Of a stretch of DNA of 24,700 nt, positions 15,261-23,937 are shown in pieces. The notes under the pieces are model-generated. The model ran no database searches and had not been told where the DNA came from. It was given only the letters and a program-made list of their open reading frames with translations. Source of the DNA: a virus; IMG/VR virus record IMGVR_UViG_3300048606_000054. One strand, 5' to 3'. Each line of letters opens with the position of its first letter. The first letter of the stretch is position 1. A program made the position numbers and the translations under genes.

Positions 15261-15527
15261 ATGGGAAGGACTATCTGGAAATTCGAACTAGAAATAAAAG
15301 ACACTCAATTTATTTCAATGCCAAAGGGTGCTGAAATTCTGTGCGTACAAATTCAGATCGGAAATCCGTGTATGTGGGCGCTAGTTGATCCGGACGCAGA
15401 AAAGCAAGATATTGAATTTTCAACCTACGGAACGGGTCGCGCCGTGGATAGCAGACCAAAAACATATGTAGGAACCTATCAGATCATTAACAGGATGCTG
15501 GTATTCCATGTATTTGTTCATCCTTAA
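15261..15527 (+). CDS. Conserved phage hypothetical protein
   Basis: TIWKF...MPKGAEILCVQ...MWALVDP...YGTG...YVGTYQ...LVFHVF. Confidence 0.8.
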   Translation: MGRTIWKFELEIKDTQFISMPKGAEILCVQIQIGNPCMWALVDPDAEKQDIEFSTYGTGRAVDSRPKTYVGTYQIINRMLVFHVFVHP

Positions 15528-15565
15528 CCCACCATTTCAATTACTATATATACAAACCATGTACC

Positions 15566-15997
15566 ATGAGTAACGAAGAAATAAAAGAATATAACCGCAT
15601 AAGAATGGGTAACGTTCTGGATGAATACACACCGGATACTTTGCCAACGTACGAAGATTGCCGCACCCTGCTGTTTAACGAACAATATCGAAAAAAGAAT
15701 GGTGATTATAAGCCAGAAGGCGATGGTATTCTTGATCGAAATCCCACAGAGTTGGAACGATATGTATATGAAGAAACTCCAAAGAATAAGACAGCGGAAA
15801 TTTATTTCAGGGAACGCCTTGCCGATTTGCTTAATTGGCATCGGACAGCAATTGCTGAACACCTCCCCATATTACGGGAACAGGCAGAGAAGATAGCTGG
15901 TGATGCATGGGATGCGGCATTGGATTGGGATAGAAATGTGGGCGAGTGGGATGATAGTTCCCCAGACAAGGAAACCTACCTAAAACAATTCGAATGA
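15566..15997 (+). CDS. Hypothetical protein
   Basis: Operon packing. Confidence 0.75.
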   Translation: MSNEEIKEYNRIRMGNVLDEYTPDTLPTYEDCRTLLFNEQYRKKNGDYKPEGDGILDRNPTELERYVYEETPKNKTAEIYFRERLADLLNWHRTAIAEHLPILREQAEKIAGDAWDAALDWDRNVGEWDDSSPDKETYLKQFE

Positions 15998-16212
15998 GCA
16001 GATACGATCCATCAGACCCGGTAGATCAAGAGAAAATAAGGAACCAGTTTTTGATCATTGAAAACTATAGGGATTTCGTTGGTTGGCTATTTGATGATCC
16101 AGATATGATTGATTGGATGAGTGAGACCGAAGCCTGGGATAAATTCAGAGAATGGCAAGATAAGCAGGCCCAGCAAAATGATTTAGGGAAAGATCAATCA
16201 ACTATTAAATAA
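15994..16212 (+). CDS. Hypothetical protein
   Basis: ATGA-coupled. Confidence 0.7.
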   Translation: MSRYDPSDPVDQEKIRNQFLIIENYRDFVGWLFDDPDMIDWMSETEAWDKFREWQDKQAQQNDLGKDQSTIK

Positions 16213-16221
16213 GATAAAGCA

Positions 16222-16428
16222 ATGAGTACCGAAAAAAGAAAGATCACTTCAGTTCACATAGAAAACGATATAGTGAACGACAGGCCAACTCCGGTATTTA
16301 CTGATGAGCATGGGATAGAATGGGTTTTTGAGGAACAAACCTCTCAATACTCTGGGTATATAACGGCATTCGTTGAAAAAAGCAAGAGCTGGTATTTCAA
16401 ATCTGAAAATAAAACAAACAAGGCTTAA
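16222..16428 (+). CDS. Hypothetical protein
   Basis: Operon packing. Confidence 0.7.
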   Translation: MSTEKRKITSVHIENDIVNDRPTPVFTDEHGIEWVFEEQTSQYSGYITAFVEKSKSWYFKSENKTNKA

Positions 16429-16709
16429 TGGAAACGGCTGTTGATAAAAAGCCATTTGGTAAAAGATTCAAGGTTGGTGACACGTTTTTGACCACAACTC
16501 CAAAGCTGATCAAAAATACAATGTATGGTCCAAAATATAAAAGATACAGAGATGGGGACAAGGATTTATTTCAGAAAGGGAAACGGAAATATTATTGCGA
16601 AGTTGTCTGTTTGGCGGAAACAAAAGTTGGCTGGCACACTACCCCTTTCGATAGACGAGGCCCAAGATACTGGCAATTCACATACTTGGTAAGAATATTA
16701 AATAATTAA
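16428..16709 (+). CDS. Hypothetical basic protein
   Basis: TAATG-coupled. Confidence 0.7.
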   Translation: METAVDKKPFGKRFKVGDTFLTTTPKLIKNTMYGPKYKRYRDGDKDLFQKGKRKYYCEVVCLAETKVGWHTTPFDRRGPRYWQFTYLVRILNN

Positions 16710-16729
16710 ACAGCAAAACAACAGATAGT

Positions 16730-17449
16730 ATGAAATGGATACCAATAGACAAAGAAAGAAAAGGCGAAAACGGAGAAATGCTCTATGCTCGATACAAAGG
16801 GCAAAAGGCAATATTAATATACTTAACATCTGATTTCCCCTGCTGGAATTGGTATTATATGTCAAGGAGGCCTGCTCAAAAAATACAGAATTATGAATGG
16901 AAAGATATTTTGATTCTCGACGAATCCCCCACAGGATATACAGGAGATGATGTAGCAGTAGAAGCCAATAGCCAGGACGTAGAGGAAAAGGCGAAAGCCT
17001 ATGCAGCCGATTGTATGGGAGAATACGATCCAGAACTTCAGGATGAGTTTGATGATATAGTTAGGCATTTCATAGCTGGCTCCAATAGTAACCAGCAGGG
17101 AGGGGATGCGCGATCGTGCCCATGCTTGTATTTAGATGAACCATGCCAACCTCATTGCACATGCAAAAACGGCCTTTGGTCACATGGTTGCCTTTATTGT
17201 TGCCGATATGGGAGCGTTGAGCAAAGAACTGAAAAAGCAAAACAATTGGCCCAAATATTAAAAGCTGGTTATGCCGCCCAATCCACTCCAATCCCTCCCG
17301 GAATAGTAGAGCAGTTACGTGACAAGAATCCGTGGAATAAAACACATCCACTTCAACATGGAGGATATAACGAATGCTGCGACACCCTCTCCTCCCTTAT
17401 TTCAAAACAAGTAGATGGCATAGAGGAGAGGGGAGAGGGGAAAGTTTAG
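16730..17449 (+). CDS. Mosaic hypothetical protein with a Cys-rich module
   Basis: MKWIP start; CPCLYLDEPCQPHCTCKNGLWSHGCLYCC. Confidence 0.75.
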   Translation: MKWIPIDKERKGENGEMLYARYKGQKAILIYLTSDFPCWNWYYMSRRPAQKIQNYEWKDILILDESPTGYTGDDVAVEANSQDVEEKAKAYAADCMGEYDPELQDEFDDIVRHFIAGSNSNQQGGDARSCPCLYLDEPCQPHCTCKNGLWSHGCLYCCRYGSVEQRTEKAKQLAQILKAGYAAQSTPIPPGIVEQLRDKNPWNKTHPLQHGGYNECCDTLSSLISKQVDGIEERGEGKV

Positions 17450-17505
17450 TGTTTTCTGCAAAAAAGTGAAACGCCCCTACACTATATAATAGGAGGACTT
17501 AAATT

Positions 17506-17769
17506 ATGGGAACACTTAGAAAAATATTAGCGACATCAGCCAAGAAAGCAAATCTGGGAGCAAAGGGCAAACCCGGCCGCAGAGCCTATCCGTTGAGAAA
17601 GATAGTTGATTCAGATGGAGAGCATGAAATCCTTGAATGTGGACACAAGGGGCCATCTCACCGTGTAGTAGGCACTGATCTGTTTTCTACTTATCAACCA
17701 GCAAATAGCAGAAGGTGCAGACAGTGTTTTGAAAATAATAAAGTTAACACAATCAATATAAACCTGTAG
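17506..17769 (+). CDS. Small Zn-ribbon protein
   Basis: LECGH...RRCRQC. Confidence 0.7.
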   Translation: MGTLRKILATSAKKANLGAKGKPGRRAYPLRKIVDSDGEHEILECGHKGPSHRVVGTDLFSTYQPANSRRCRQCFENNKVNTININL

Positions 17770-17771
17770 AT

Positions 17772-18062
17772 ATGGCATGGACAAACGTAACAGAGGCAAT
17801 GCCTCCCGCCGGAAGGGAAGTAAAAATGAAGTTCGTGGACGAAGAGGCCGATTGGCATGGCGATCCCGTTGTGGTCTTAATGGACATTGGACTAGATCAC
17901 TATAAAACCCTGCTATGGTGGAATGAATGCCCTGACAGCGCCCAAACCGATCAACAAGCCTTAGCGGTAGAGCTGTTTGAATTCATAACGGGTAACAACG
18001 CTAAGGAATTCAAGGGTACGGTAGAGACGATTCAACGGAGATATACGATAATTAAAAAGTAG
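17772..18062 (+). CDS. Hypothetical protein (DUF551-like start)
   Basis: MAWTNVTEAMPPAGREV resembles the W..V.E.LP motif. Confidence 0.65.
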   Translation: MAWTNVTEAMPPAGREVKMKFVDEEADWHGDPVVVLMDIGLDHYKTLLWWNECPDSAQTDQQALAVELFEFITGNNAKEFKGTVETIQRRYTIIKK

Positions 18063-18067
18063 AAGAA

Positions 18068-18442
18068 ATGGAAAGCAAAGAGGTTAAAATCGAAAGCCCC
18101 TGGAAACGATTCAAAAGTATCAGATTGAGATTAGGCTTAACGTTGAGGCAGATTGAAAACGCAACCGGACTTTCCAACGCCTATCTGAGCCAACTGGAAA
18201 ACGGGAAAATTAATAAGCCATCCTACGAGACAATTGAAATATTAACTAAGTTCTATGAGAGCAGGAAGCAAACAAAGCGCTGCCCCTGCTGTTTTTCAGA
18301 AGATATTAAAGAAGAGAAGTTAACGGGGAGTAACGGAGTTTTCGGCCCCGGACACGCTTCTTGGATTATTCTAAATTTCCATAATTGCCAATCCTGTGGG
18401 GTTATGTTTAAGCTCCTAGATAAACCAGAAACAAAACCATGA
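18068..18442 (+). CDS. XRE HTH regulator fused to a C-terminal Zn ribbon
   Basis: IRLRLGLTLRQIENATGLSNAYLSQLENGKINKPS plus CPCC...CQSCG. Confidence 0.85.
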   Translation: MESKEVKIESPWKRFKSIRLRLGLTLRQIENATGLSNAYLSQLENGKINKPSYETIEILTKFYESRKQTKRCPCCFSEDIKEEKLTGSNGVFGPGHASWIILNFHNCQSCGVMFKLLDKPETKP

Positions 18443-18672
18443 TCCTTTTACTCCTAACAATATTGCTCGATTCCCTTCCTCCCAAATCCTACTATGGCGA
18501 GAGGGCGATACCGACCATAGGTATTATAAAATCTCCCGTGGTGTTTATTGACAAGGTATTGGAACCTGGAGGACTGGACGGGATACCAATAGGTAAAACC
18601 TTTGTCATGTATAAAGAACTTCTGGGGGAGAGGGAGGTGTATTATTTAACCAGTAAAAAAGAGAAGAAATGA
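18439..18672 (+). CDS. Hypothetical protein with hydrophobic N-terminus
   Basis: ATGA-coupled. Confidence 0.6.
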   Translation: MILLLLTILLDSLPPKSYYGERAIPTIGIIKSPVVFIDKVLEPGGLDGIPIGKTFVMYKELLGEREVYYLTSKKEKK

Positions 18673-18917
18673 GAGAGAAAACATGGCAATACGGCACGCA
18701 ATATAAAGCAGAGGTAATTATCGCCACAAAGAACATTCTCGCGGTCAAGGCCGAAAACGACGAAGGGTTTATACCGATGGATCATGGAGTCGAAGAACTG
18801 CCAAAGGAGGGCGATCTCGGAAAGATTGTCTTTATGAAAGGCGGCCCGACTGGCGGGTACTGGAAATGGTTCCCATCTCTCGCAACCCATTCACCTTCTA
18901 AATCTGATAAGCAATGA
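18669..18917 (+). CDS. Hypothetical protein
   Basis: ATGA-coupled; GGPTGGYW motif. Confidence 0.7.
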   Translation: MREKTWQYGTQYKAEVIIATKNILAVKAENDEGFIPMDHGVEELPKEGDLGKIVFMKGGPTGGYWKWFPSLATHSPSKSDKQ

Positions 18918-19120
18918 CAACAGAACAGCAGATTAACATCATTACAGCCAGATACCCGGATGCCTATATGAGGAAATACGCAAAGCTGTCAATGGTTATA
19001 TGGTGTCCAATGCTCGATTGCCGTCTATCTGGGTTCTTTCACACCGGGGAAGAAGCATGGGCCGACGCTGTTGAATGGATAAAAAGAAAAGGTCAGAGTA
19101 AAAAACTTCAAGACAAATGA
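18914..19120 (+). CDS. Hypothetical protein
   Basis: ATGA-coupled. Confidence 0.7.
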   Translation: MTTEQQINIITARYPDAYMRKYAKLSMVIWCPMLDCRLSGFFHTGEEAWADAVEWIKRKGQSKKLQDK

Positions 19121-19530
19121 ACCCAGAACAGCTTTTAATTAAGAGGTTTGAATGTATTGGAACAGATGACGCGCATTATCCAGGAAGCCCCTTTAACGTT
19201 GGCGACATACTTGAAATGTCGGGAGATTGCGCTGGTAATCAGAGAACACAAAGCGGAGTGTTTGAAAATTCAGTGTATATGCCGGAATGGTATCCTCTTC
19301 TCTTCAAGCCCCTAAAATGGTACCAGAAAAGAGAACCAGCCGATCTACCACTATTCGTAAAGATAAAAAAGCAGGTACTACAGGTTAATTACTGGGAACT
19401 TAATAAGGAGGGGCAAGCCCTGATGTGGCTAAAGGAAGAGTGGGGCGGTTCCCTGGATTGGTATCCCGATGAATTCATGCCAGCGACCAGGGAGGAATTT
19501 GATAAATACGTTAAAACTAAAGAGAAATGA
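19117..19530 (+). CDS. Phage hypothetical protein
   Basis: YPGSPFNVGDIL...YPLLFKPLKWY...FMPATREEF. Confidence 0.75.
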   Translation: MNPEQLLIKRFECIGTDDAHYPGSPFNVGDILEMSGDCAGNQRTQSGVFENSVYMPEWYPLLFKPLKWYQKREPADLPLFVKIKKQVLQVNYWELNKEGQALMWLKEEWGGSLDWYPDEFMPATREEFDKYVKTKEK

Positions 19531-19802
19531 GCCATAGGTATAGCATATTTCAATTGATAGAGAAGGCCCACGATCACGGAAGGGATTGTTCTAAAATGTG
19601 GGAAAGGGATAAAAGCCTTCTTGAGTTCTTAAAGCAAAATAACCTCATCAATGAATTTAATTCCTGGAAGGCAAAAAAGAACAAAGACATGCACCCGGCA
19701 ATCGCGAAATCCTTAAAGACTAAAGGTCACACTATTCGCGAGATCGCAAAGTTTCTTGGATATAAACACCCCGGATCAATCAGCCACTTATTATCTAAAT
19801 AG
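19527..19802 (+). CDS. Protein with C-terminal HTH
   Basis: LKTKGHTIREIAKFLGYKHPGSISHLL. Confidence 0.7.
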   Translation: MSHRYSIFQLIEKAHDHGRDCSKMWERDKSLLEFLKQNNLINEFNSWKAKKNKDMHPAIAKSLKTKGHTIREIAKFLGYKHPGSISHLLSK

Positions 19803-19808
19803 TTAAAA

Positions 19809-20192
19809 ATGAATACTGAAAAGAAGATATACATAGCCAGCAAAACAAAGCACGCTGACAAATGGATAAAATTAAGATCGGAAGGGGTTGATATTATCTC
19901 TACCTGGATTGATGAAGCGGGAGAAGGTCAAAGCGAAGATATGGCAGATTTGTGTAAACGCTGCGTAGATGAATGTCTTTCATGCGATTATCTAATTATT
20001 TACCGGGAACCGGATGATTATCTGAGGGGTGCTTTTATTGAAATGGGGATAGCGTTATCCAGAAAGACAATTCCGGTTTTGCTCGTTGGAGAAGTATTGC
20101 CCAAAGGATCAGCGTTTACTTTTGATGACAACGTATTTCTTGGATTCAAATCAGTAAATGACGCTGTTGGCTGGATAGAAGCCTGCTATTAA
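19809..20192 (+). CDS. Nucleoside 2-deoxyribosyltransferase (NDT)-like protein
   Basis: KIYIAS, STWID, CDYLIIY, GAFIEMGIAL (catalytic-Glu helix) and PVLLVG. Confidence 0.7.
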   Translation: MNTEKKIYIASKTKHADKWIKLRSEGVDIISTWIDEAGEGQSEDMADLCKRCVDECLSCDYLIIYREPDDYLRGAFIEMGIALSRKTIPVLLVGEVLPKGSAFTFDDNVFLGFKSVNDAVGWIEACY

Positions 20193-20215
20193 TCAACCCT
20201 TAAAACCCCTCAACA

Positions 20216-20347
20216 ATGAAACTAAAACGACAAGGATACGGCTGGTTAGACAAGGACGGCAATTACACATCTCATCCTCCCGGCTGGTACAAGCCATCAT
20301 TATTTAAAAGGCTATTGCTTTTTATTTCAAAACTATTTAAACAATGA
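20216..20347 (+). CDS. 43-aa small protein with amphipathic C-terminus
   Basis: Not in the track: MKLKRQGYGWLDKDGNYTSHPPGWYKPSLFKRLLLFISKLFKQ; ATGA-coupled to the next ORF. Confidence 0.55.
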   Translation: MKLKRQGYGWLDKDGNYTSHPPGWYKPSLFKRLLLFISKLFKQ

Positions 20348-20445
20348 CATTCTTCCACTACACAACCTCTGATACCCTTGGTAATACCTACATGGTTATC
20401 GGAACGGAAACAACCGCTTGTGAAACTATAAAAATTGAACAATGA
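20344..20445 (+). CDS. 33-aa small protein
   Basis: MTFFHYTTSDTLGNTYMVIGTETTACETIKIEQ; ATGA overlaps at both ends. Confidence 0.5.
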   Translation: MTFFHYTTSDTLGNTYMVIGTETTACETIKIEQ

Positions 20446-21053
20446 TAACGACAAAGCTATTTATTCTCGCCTCCGCCCTTACCCTAACACTTGCCTTCAG
20501 AACCCATCAGCCAGCGGTTCATAAAGAATTGGAACCTCCCGGCTATTTTGAAATAATGAAATGGTATTGGAGCGGCTTCCCTAAAAAGTATAATGGGTGG
20601 GAAGTTGAATTTGAAAAAGGGGGTAATATCCACGGATGGACAGAAGGTGTATACTGGGACAAGGTAAATCTATCCTGTAAAAAATGCGGCTACCTAGATA
20701 GGTATACTTACGACGTAACTTTTTCATACGGGTATAACGATGAGGCAACCCTAAAGGTCACGCAGAATAAAGACACAACAGGTAAATACATGAATAAAAA
20801 ATATCCTAAACCGAAACCTTGTCCCATCCCCGACACAACGGTAAAGCCAGTTTATCGCTACTTCCTTAGAATGGACAACCCACTCAGGTATTTCATGGCC
20901 GTCGATACCGTAAACGTCATAGCGGGCATGGTAGGAAAGGCGAAATCGAAAGACGAGGCCGATCTATTGCTGGAATCAGCCGCCAGGAACCTTAGAATAC
21001 TTTACGATGAGGTGAAAGTGGATAGCGTTAAAATTCAGGGAGGCAAGCCATGA
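20442..21053 (+). CDS. Putative exported protein
   Basis: Signal-peptide-like MITTKLFILASALTLTLAF. Confidence 0.7.
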   Translation: MITTKLFILASALTLTLAFRTHQPAVHKELEPPGYFEIMKWYWSGFPKKYNGWEVEFEKGGNIHGWTEGVYWDKVNLSCKKCGYLDRYTYDVTFSYGYNDEATLKVTQNKDTTGKYMNKKYPKPKPCPIPDTTVKPVYRYFLRMDNPLRYFMAVDTVNVIAGMVGKAKSKDEADLLLESAARNLRILYDEVKVDSVKIQGGKP

Positions 21054-21280
21054 GACAAGCGACAGCGGTAAAAATAAGGCCGTTTACCCCGGAGCAAATA
21101 ACAACCTGCGAAAGAATCGCGGCATTAATGACAAAGCACATCAGAAACCAGCTAACCGATCAAGAACGGGAAGAGCTTCACGAATGGGTGGGCGGAAGCG
21201 AAAAGCGGATTAAGCTGTTCGAGGAAATATCCGATCCGGAAAAGATAGAAAAAGCATTGGCGCTATTTAATTCGAAATAA
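21050..21280 (+). CDS. Stand-alone FecR N-terminal (anti-sigma)-like domain
   Basis: RIAALMTKHIRNQLTDQEREELHEWVGGSEKRIKLFEEI resembles the L..Y..G.LT..E..EL..W...S.EN..LF pattern of Bacteroidetes FecR N-termini. No TM segment. Confidence 0.6.
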   Translation: MRQATAVKIRPFTPEQITTCERIAALMTKHIRNQLTDQEREELHEWVGGSEKRIKLFEEISDPEKIEKALALFNSK

Positions 21281-21281
21281 T

Positions 21282-22220
21282 ATGTCTGAAAAATTAACTT
21301 GGCTGGAAAGGATTCAGAAGGAGTCCAAAGAGAAAAGGGAGCGCGCGCCAATAGTAAAGCTGGCACGAAGAAAGTTGATGAAGAGTTTGGCAAAAAAGAA
21401 AAAAGGGGAGAAAAAAGCTCTTCTGAGAGCCGAAAAAATAGTCATGGCAAATCGGGCACCCACTCCTGAAGTAGAAAAGAAGCCCATGCCACAAAAGCCC
21501 GAAGTTAAGGTCTCTAAAAAGAAGGAACCTGTTTGCCTTTCCGATATGATACTTTCTTTTCAGCAGGGAGGAGAAAAAGGGTTTACTCATTTCTTCAATC
21601 TTTTCTATCCGCCTCTTTTATATTACGCGTCAGGGCTGGTGAGTGATGAAGAAATCGCAAAGGATTCCATATCTGAAGCCTTTGTCAAGGCGTGGGAACG
21701 AAAGGAAATGTTCGTGAATGAGAGGCACCTGAAGGTTTGGATTTATACAGTGACTAGAAATCTGTGCTATTCCAAATGGAAATATTACAATAAGAACCAT
21801 TCTGATATTTTTGAAATGGATGAAATTGAGGCGGGGGAACGGATTGATCATCTTTTGATTAAAGCAGAAGTTTATGACCAGCTATATAGGCGTATTAACA
21901 ACCTGCCCCCTCAATGTAGAAAGATTCTTTGCTTGCTGTATTTTGAAAAGAAAACAACTAATGAGATTTGTGCGGAGTTAAATCTAGCCAAAACAACAGT
22001 CAAAAATCAAAAGGCTAGAGGATTAGCCACTTTAAGAAAGAGATACGGAGTTACAGAAGAACAGTTCCATTCAAACGAAGTAAAGAAAGTGCGGAATATT
22101 CTAAAATCGGAAGCGTCTAATCGTTCAATAGGCAACAGATATGGATTATCCGGAGGCAATATAAGCAGTATACGAATTAATGGTATTAAAAATGTAGGGA
22201 TGATGAGAAAAATAGTTTAA
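21282..22220 (+). CDS. ECF RNA polymerase sigma-70 factor (Bacteroidetes type) with N- and C-terminal extensions
   Basis: Region 2 FYPPLLYYA...AKDSISEAFVKAWE...KVWIYTVTRNLCY; region 4 INNLPPQCRKILCLLYFEKKTTNEICAELNLAKTTVKNQKARGLATLRK. Confidence 0.9.
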   Translation: MSEKLTWLERIQKESKEKRERAPIVKLARRKLMKSLAKKKKGEKKALLRAEKIVMANRAPTPEVEKKPMPQKPEVKVSKKKEPVCLSDMILSFQQGGEKGFTHFFNLFYPPLLYYASGLVSDEEIAKDSISEAFVKAWERKEMFVNERHLKVWIYTVTRNLCYSKWKYYNKNHSDIFEMDEIEAGERIDHLLIKAEVYDQLYRRINNLPPQCRKILCLLYFEKKTTNEICAELNLAKTTVKNQKARGLATLRKRYGVTEEQFHSNEVKKVRNILKSEASNRSIGNRYGLSGGNISSIRINGIKNVGMMRKIV

Positions 22221-22269
22221 GAAGTCCTCGATAGTGACAGTGAATTTTCATAGGTAAGGTTTAAATGAT

Positions 22270-22298
22270 CCCCGCTATTCTTAGCGGGGTGTTTTTTT
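22270..22298 (+). terminator. Intrinsic terminator ending the rightward block
   Basis: CCCCGCTA-TTCT-TAGCGGGG then TGTTTTTTT, at the convergence point. Confidence 0.85.
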
Positions 22299-23490
22299 AT
22301 TGAACAAGGTAATTTGTGGGCTTTATAATTTGGCCATCATTGTCTTTTTCCCTCCCTTTAAGAAAAGGTCTAATCCAGATAGTTCTATCTTCTTTCCAAT
22401 GTTCACCCCTCCGGTATGACCTGAAATGACCTCGTACAGTCCATTTTAAAACATTCATGGGCTTGCCAAGACCTTCCGTTTCTGGATTCTGGGCGTAATG
22501 TAGCCCCTTATCAATTGAGATGTCATATCCTAATGAGCAAACTGGAAATTTACTATCATGGTTTTTGTGCCAGAAAATTGGGAATACTTGTAGTTGATCG
22601 GAGTCCGTTGAATTTAAATATAAAATAGCCGCCAAAATAAACGACGAAACCCCGGAAGCCTCTTTTTTACCTAACGGACTATTGAAAATAGTTTCTATTT
22701 GACTTAAAACCTGATTGATAAACGGCCCATCTGAAATTTCAAACTGTTGGACTTCAATATCCTCTTTGTCGGTAATGTATAATAGTTCAACTATCCTTAC
22801 GTTGTCGCTTTCCCCACCCACCCTTAATCTTTCGCTTATATAGACATACCTGATTATTTCTTTTCTGATGCACAGTTTATTATTAAAGGGGAGGTAAAAG
22901 CAAATAGAAGGAAAAGGGAACCTTAAAAAATCGGAATCGACATTATTTACATCTGTTAAAAACAATTCGTGGGTAAGCTGTTCTTCAATTCTGAAAGTTT
23001 TTTTCCCATACTTATTAAACCTATGGAGAGTCCAAAACATTCTATCAATATCCTTTCTGTCTTTAGCGTGATTTAATGGCTGAATGTTGCCTTCGTCATT
23101 AATGTAATGCGGAGAGTTGGCCATATATAAAGCGTCTAAAAAATCCCACGCCTCATCTCCTTTAATTAAATCCTTATCCTTCAGCCCATTTTTCTCTTTC
23201 CTTTTTTCTAAATCATCAGACAGTCCCTCAATTATATTCATCTCTTTTCGCAAATGATTTAGCTTTATTTGATGTGTATTTTTAAAAGCCTCGTTCATTT
23301 TCATCAATTTCTTCAAGCTAGTAACATTATTATTTTTTGCCCAAGTTGCCTCTTGGGCATCCTTGCTCAGTTGTTTATTTAATTCAACCATATCCGGAAC
23401 ACTCCTCGTAAAGAAAGAAGGACAAAGAATATCTACGGCAGACTTCATTTTTTCAAAAAAAGTAATCGGTATTTTCTCCTTAATAATCAT
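22297..23490 (-). CDS. Phage hypothetical protein with C-terminal VRGH(F/W)R...WIxP..KG motif
   Basis: KWTVRGHFRSY...TIWIRPFLKG; also an 'LRFPFPSICF' segment. Confidence 0.8.
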   Translation of the reverse strand: MIIKEKIPITFFEKMKSAVDILCPSFFTRSVPDMVELNKQLSKDAQEATWAKNNNVTSLKKLMKMNEAFKNTHQIKLNHLRKEMNIIEGLSDDLEKRKEKNGLKDKDLIKGDEAWDFLDALYMANSPHYINDEGNIQPLNHAKDRKDIDRMFWTLHRFNKYGKKTFRIEEQLTHELFLTDVNNVDSDFLRFPFPSICFYLPFNNKLCIRKEIIRYVYISERLRVGGESDNVRIVELLYITDKEDIEVQQFEISDGPFINQVLSQIETIFNSPLGKKEASGVSSFILAAILYLNSTDSDQLQVFPIFWHKNHDSKFPVCSLGYDISIDKGLHYAQNPETEGLGKPMNVLKWTVRGHFRSYRRGEHWKEDRTIWIRPFLKGREKDNDGQIIKPTNYLVQ

Positions 23491-23515
23491 ATCGTCTATT
23501 TTTCACTTTACTTAT

Positions 23516-23698
23516 TTACGAAAACCTTATCTCCGTTGCTCCTTTATCTCTGTAATAATTAACCCGATAGCCAAGATCATGGAGAAGCGTCATTAATTTT
23601 TGTGATTCTGAAAAGGTATCCCACCATATTGTTACATAGGCCGCTTCCTTTGGGAATTTATAGTTGTGGATAGCAGCAGTCATTTCATTTAAGGTCAT
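23516..23698 (-). CDS. Hypothetical protein
   Basis: Fills the leftward operon. Confidence 0.65.
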   Translation of the reverse strand: MTLNEMTAAIHNYKFPKEAAYVTIWWDTFSESQKLMTLLHDLGYRVNYYRDKGATEIRFS

Positions 23699-23722
23699 AT
23701 ACCAATTGTTAATCCAAATAAA

Positions 23723-23935
23723 TTATATGCCGTCTTCTGTATTCCTGATATAACCTGGCTTTGCATCATCATACAGTTCTTGTGAGACAACCTCAGAAAC
23801 TTTCTTTCCGGAAATGGCTTCTATCGCTTCGTCAAGCTCTTGTATCTCCAAGTAATATTTTTCGATCATCTTATCTCTTTCTAAAATTACCTGCTGCCTT
23901 TTTGTGATCAGAAATTCGATTGCAAGGTTGCTCAT
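23723..23935 (-). CDS. Hypothetical coiled-coil protein
   Basis: Operon packing. Confidence 0.7.
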   Translation of the reverse strand: MSNLAIEFLITKRQQVILERDKMIEKYYLEIQELDEAIEAISGKKVSEVVSQELYDDAKPGYIRNTEDGI

Positions 23936-23937
23936 AT

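Noticed and set aside
22187-22252. Minus-strand 21-aa mini-ORF (MKIHCHYRGLLKLFFSSSLHF)
   Set aside because: It overlaps the sigma gene end in antisense and has no support beyond a start-like context. It is treated instead as part of the repeated terminator-associated motif.
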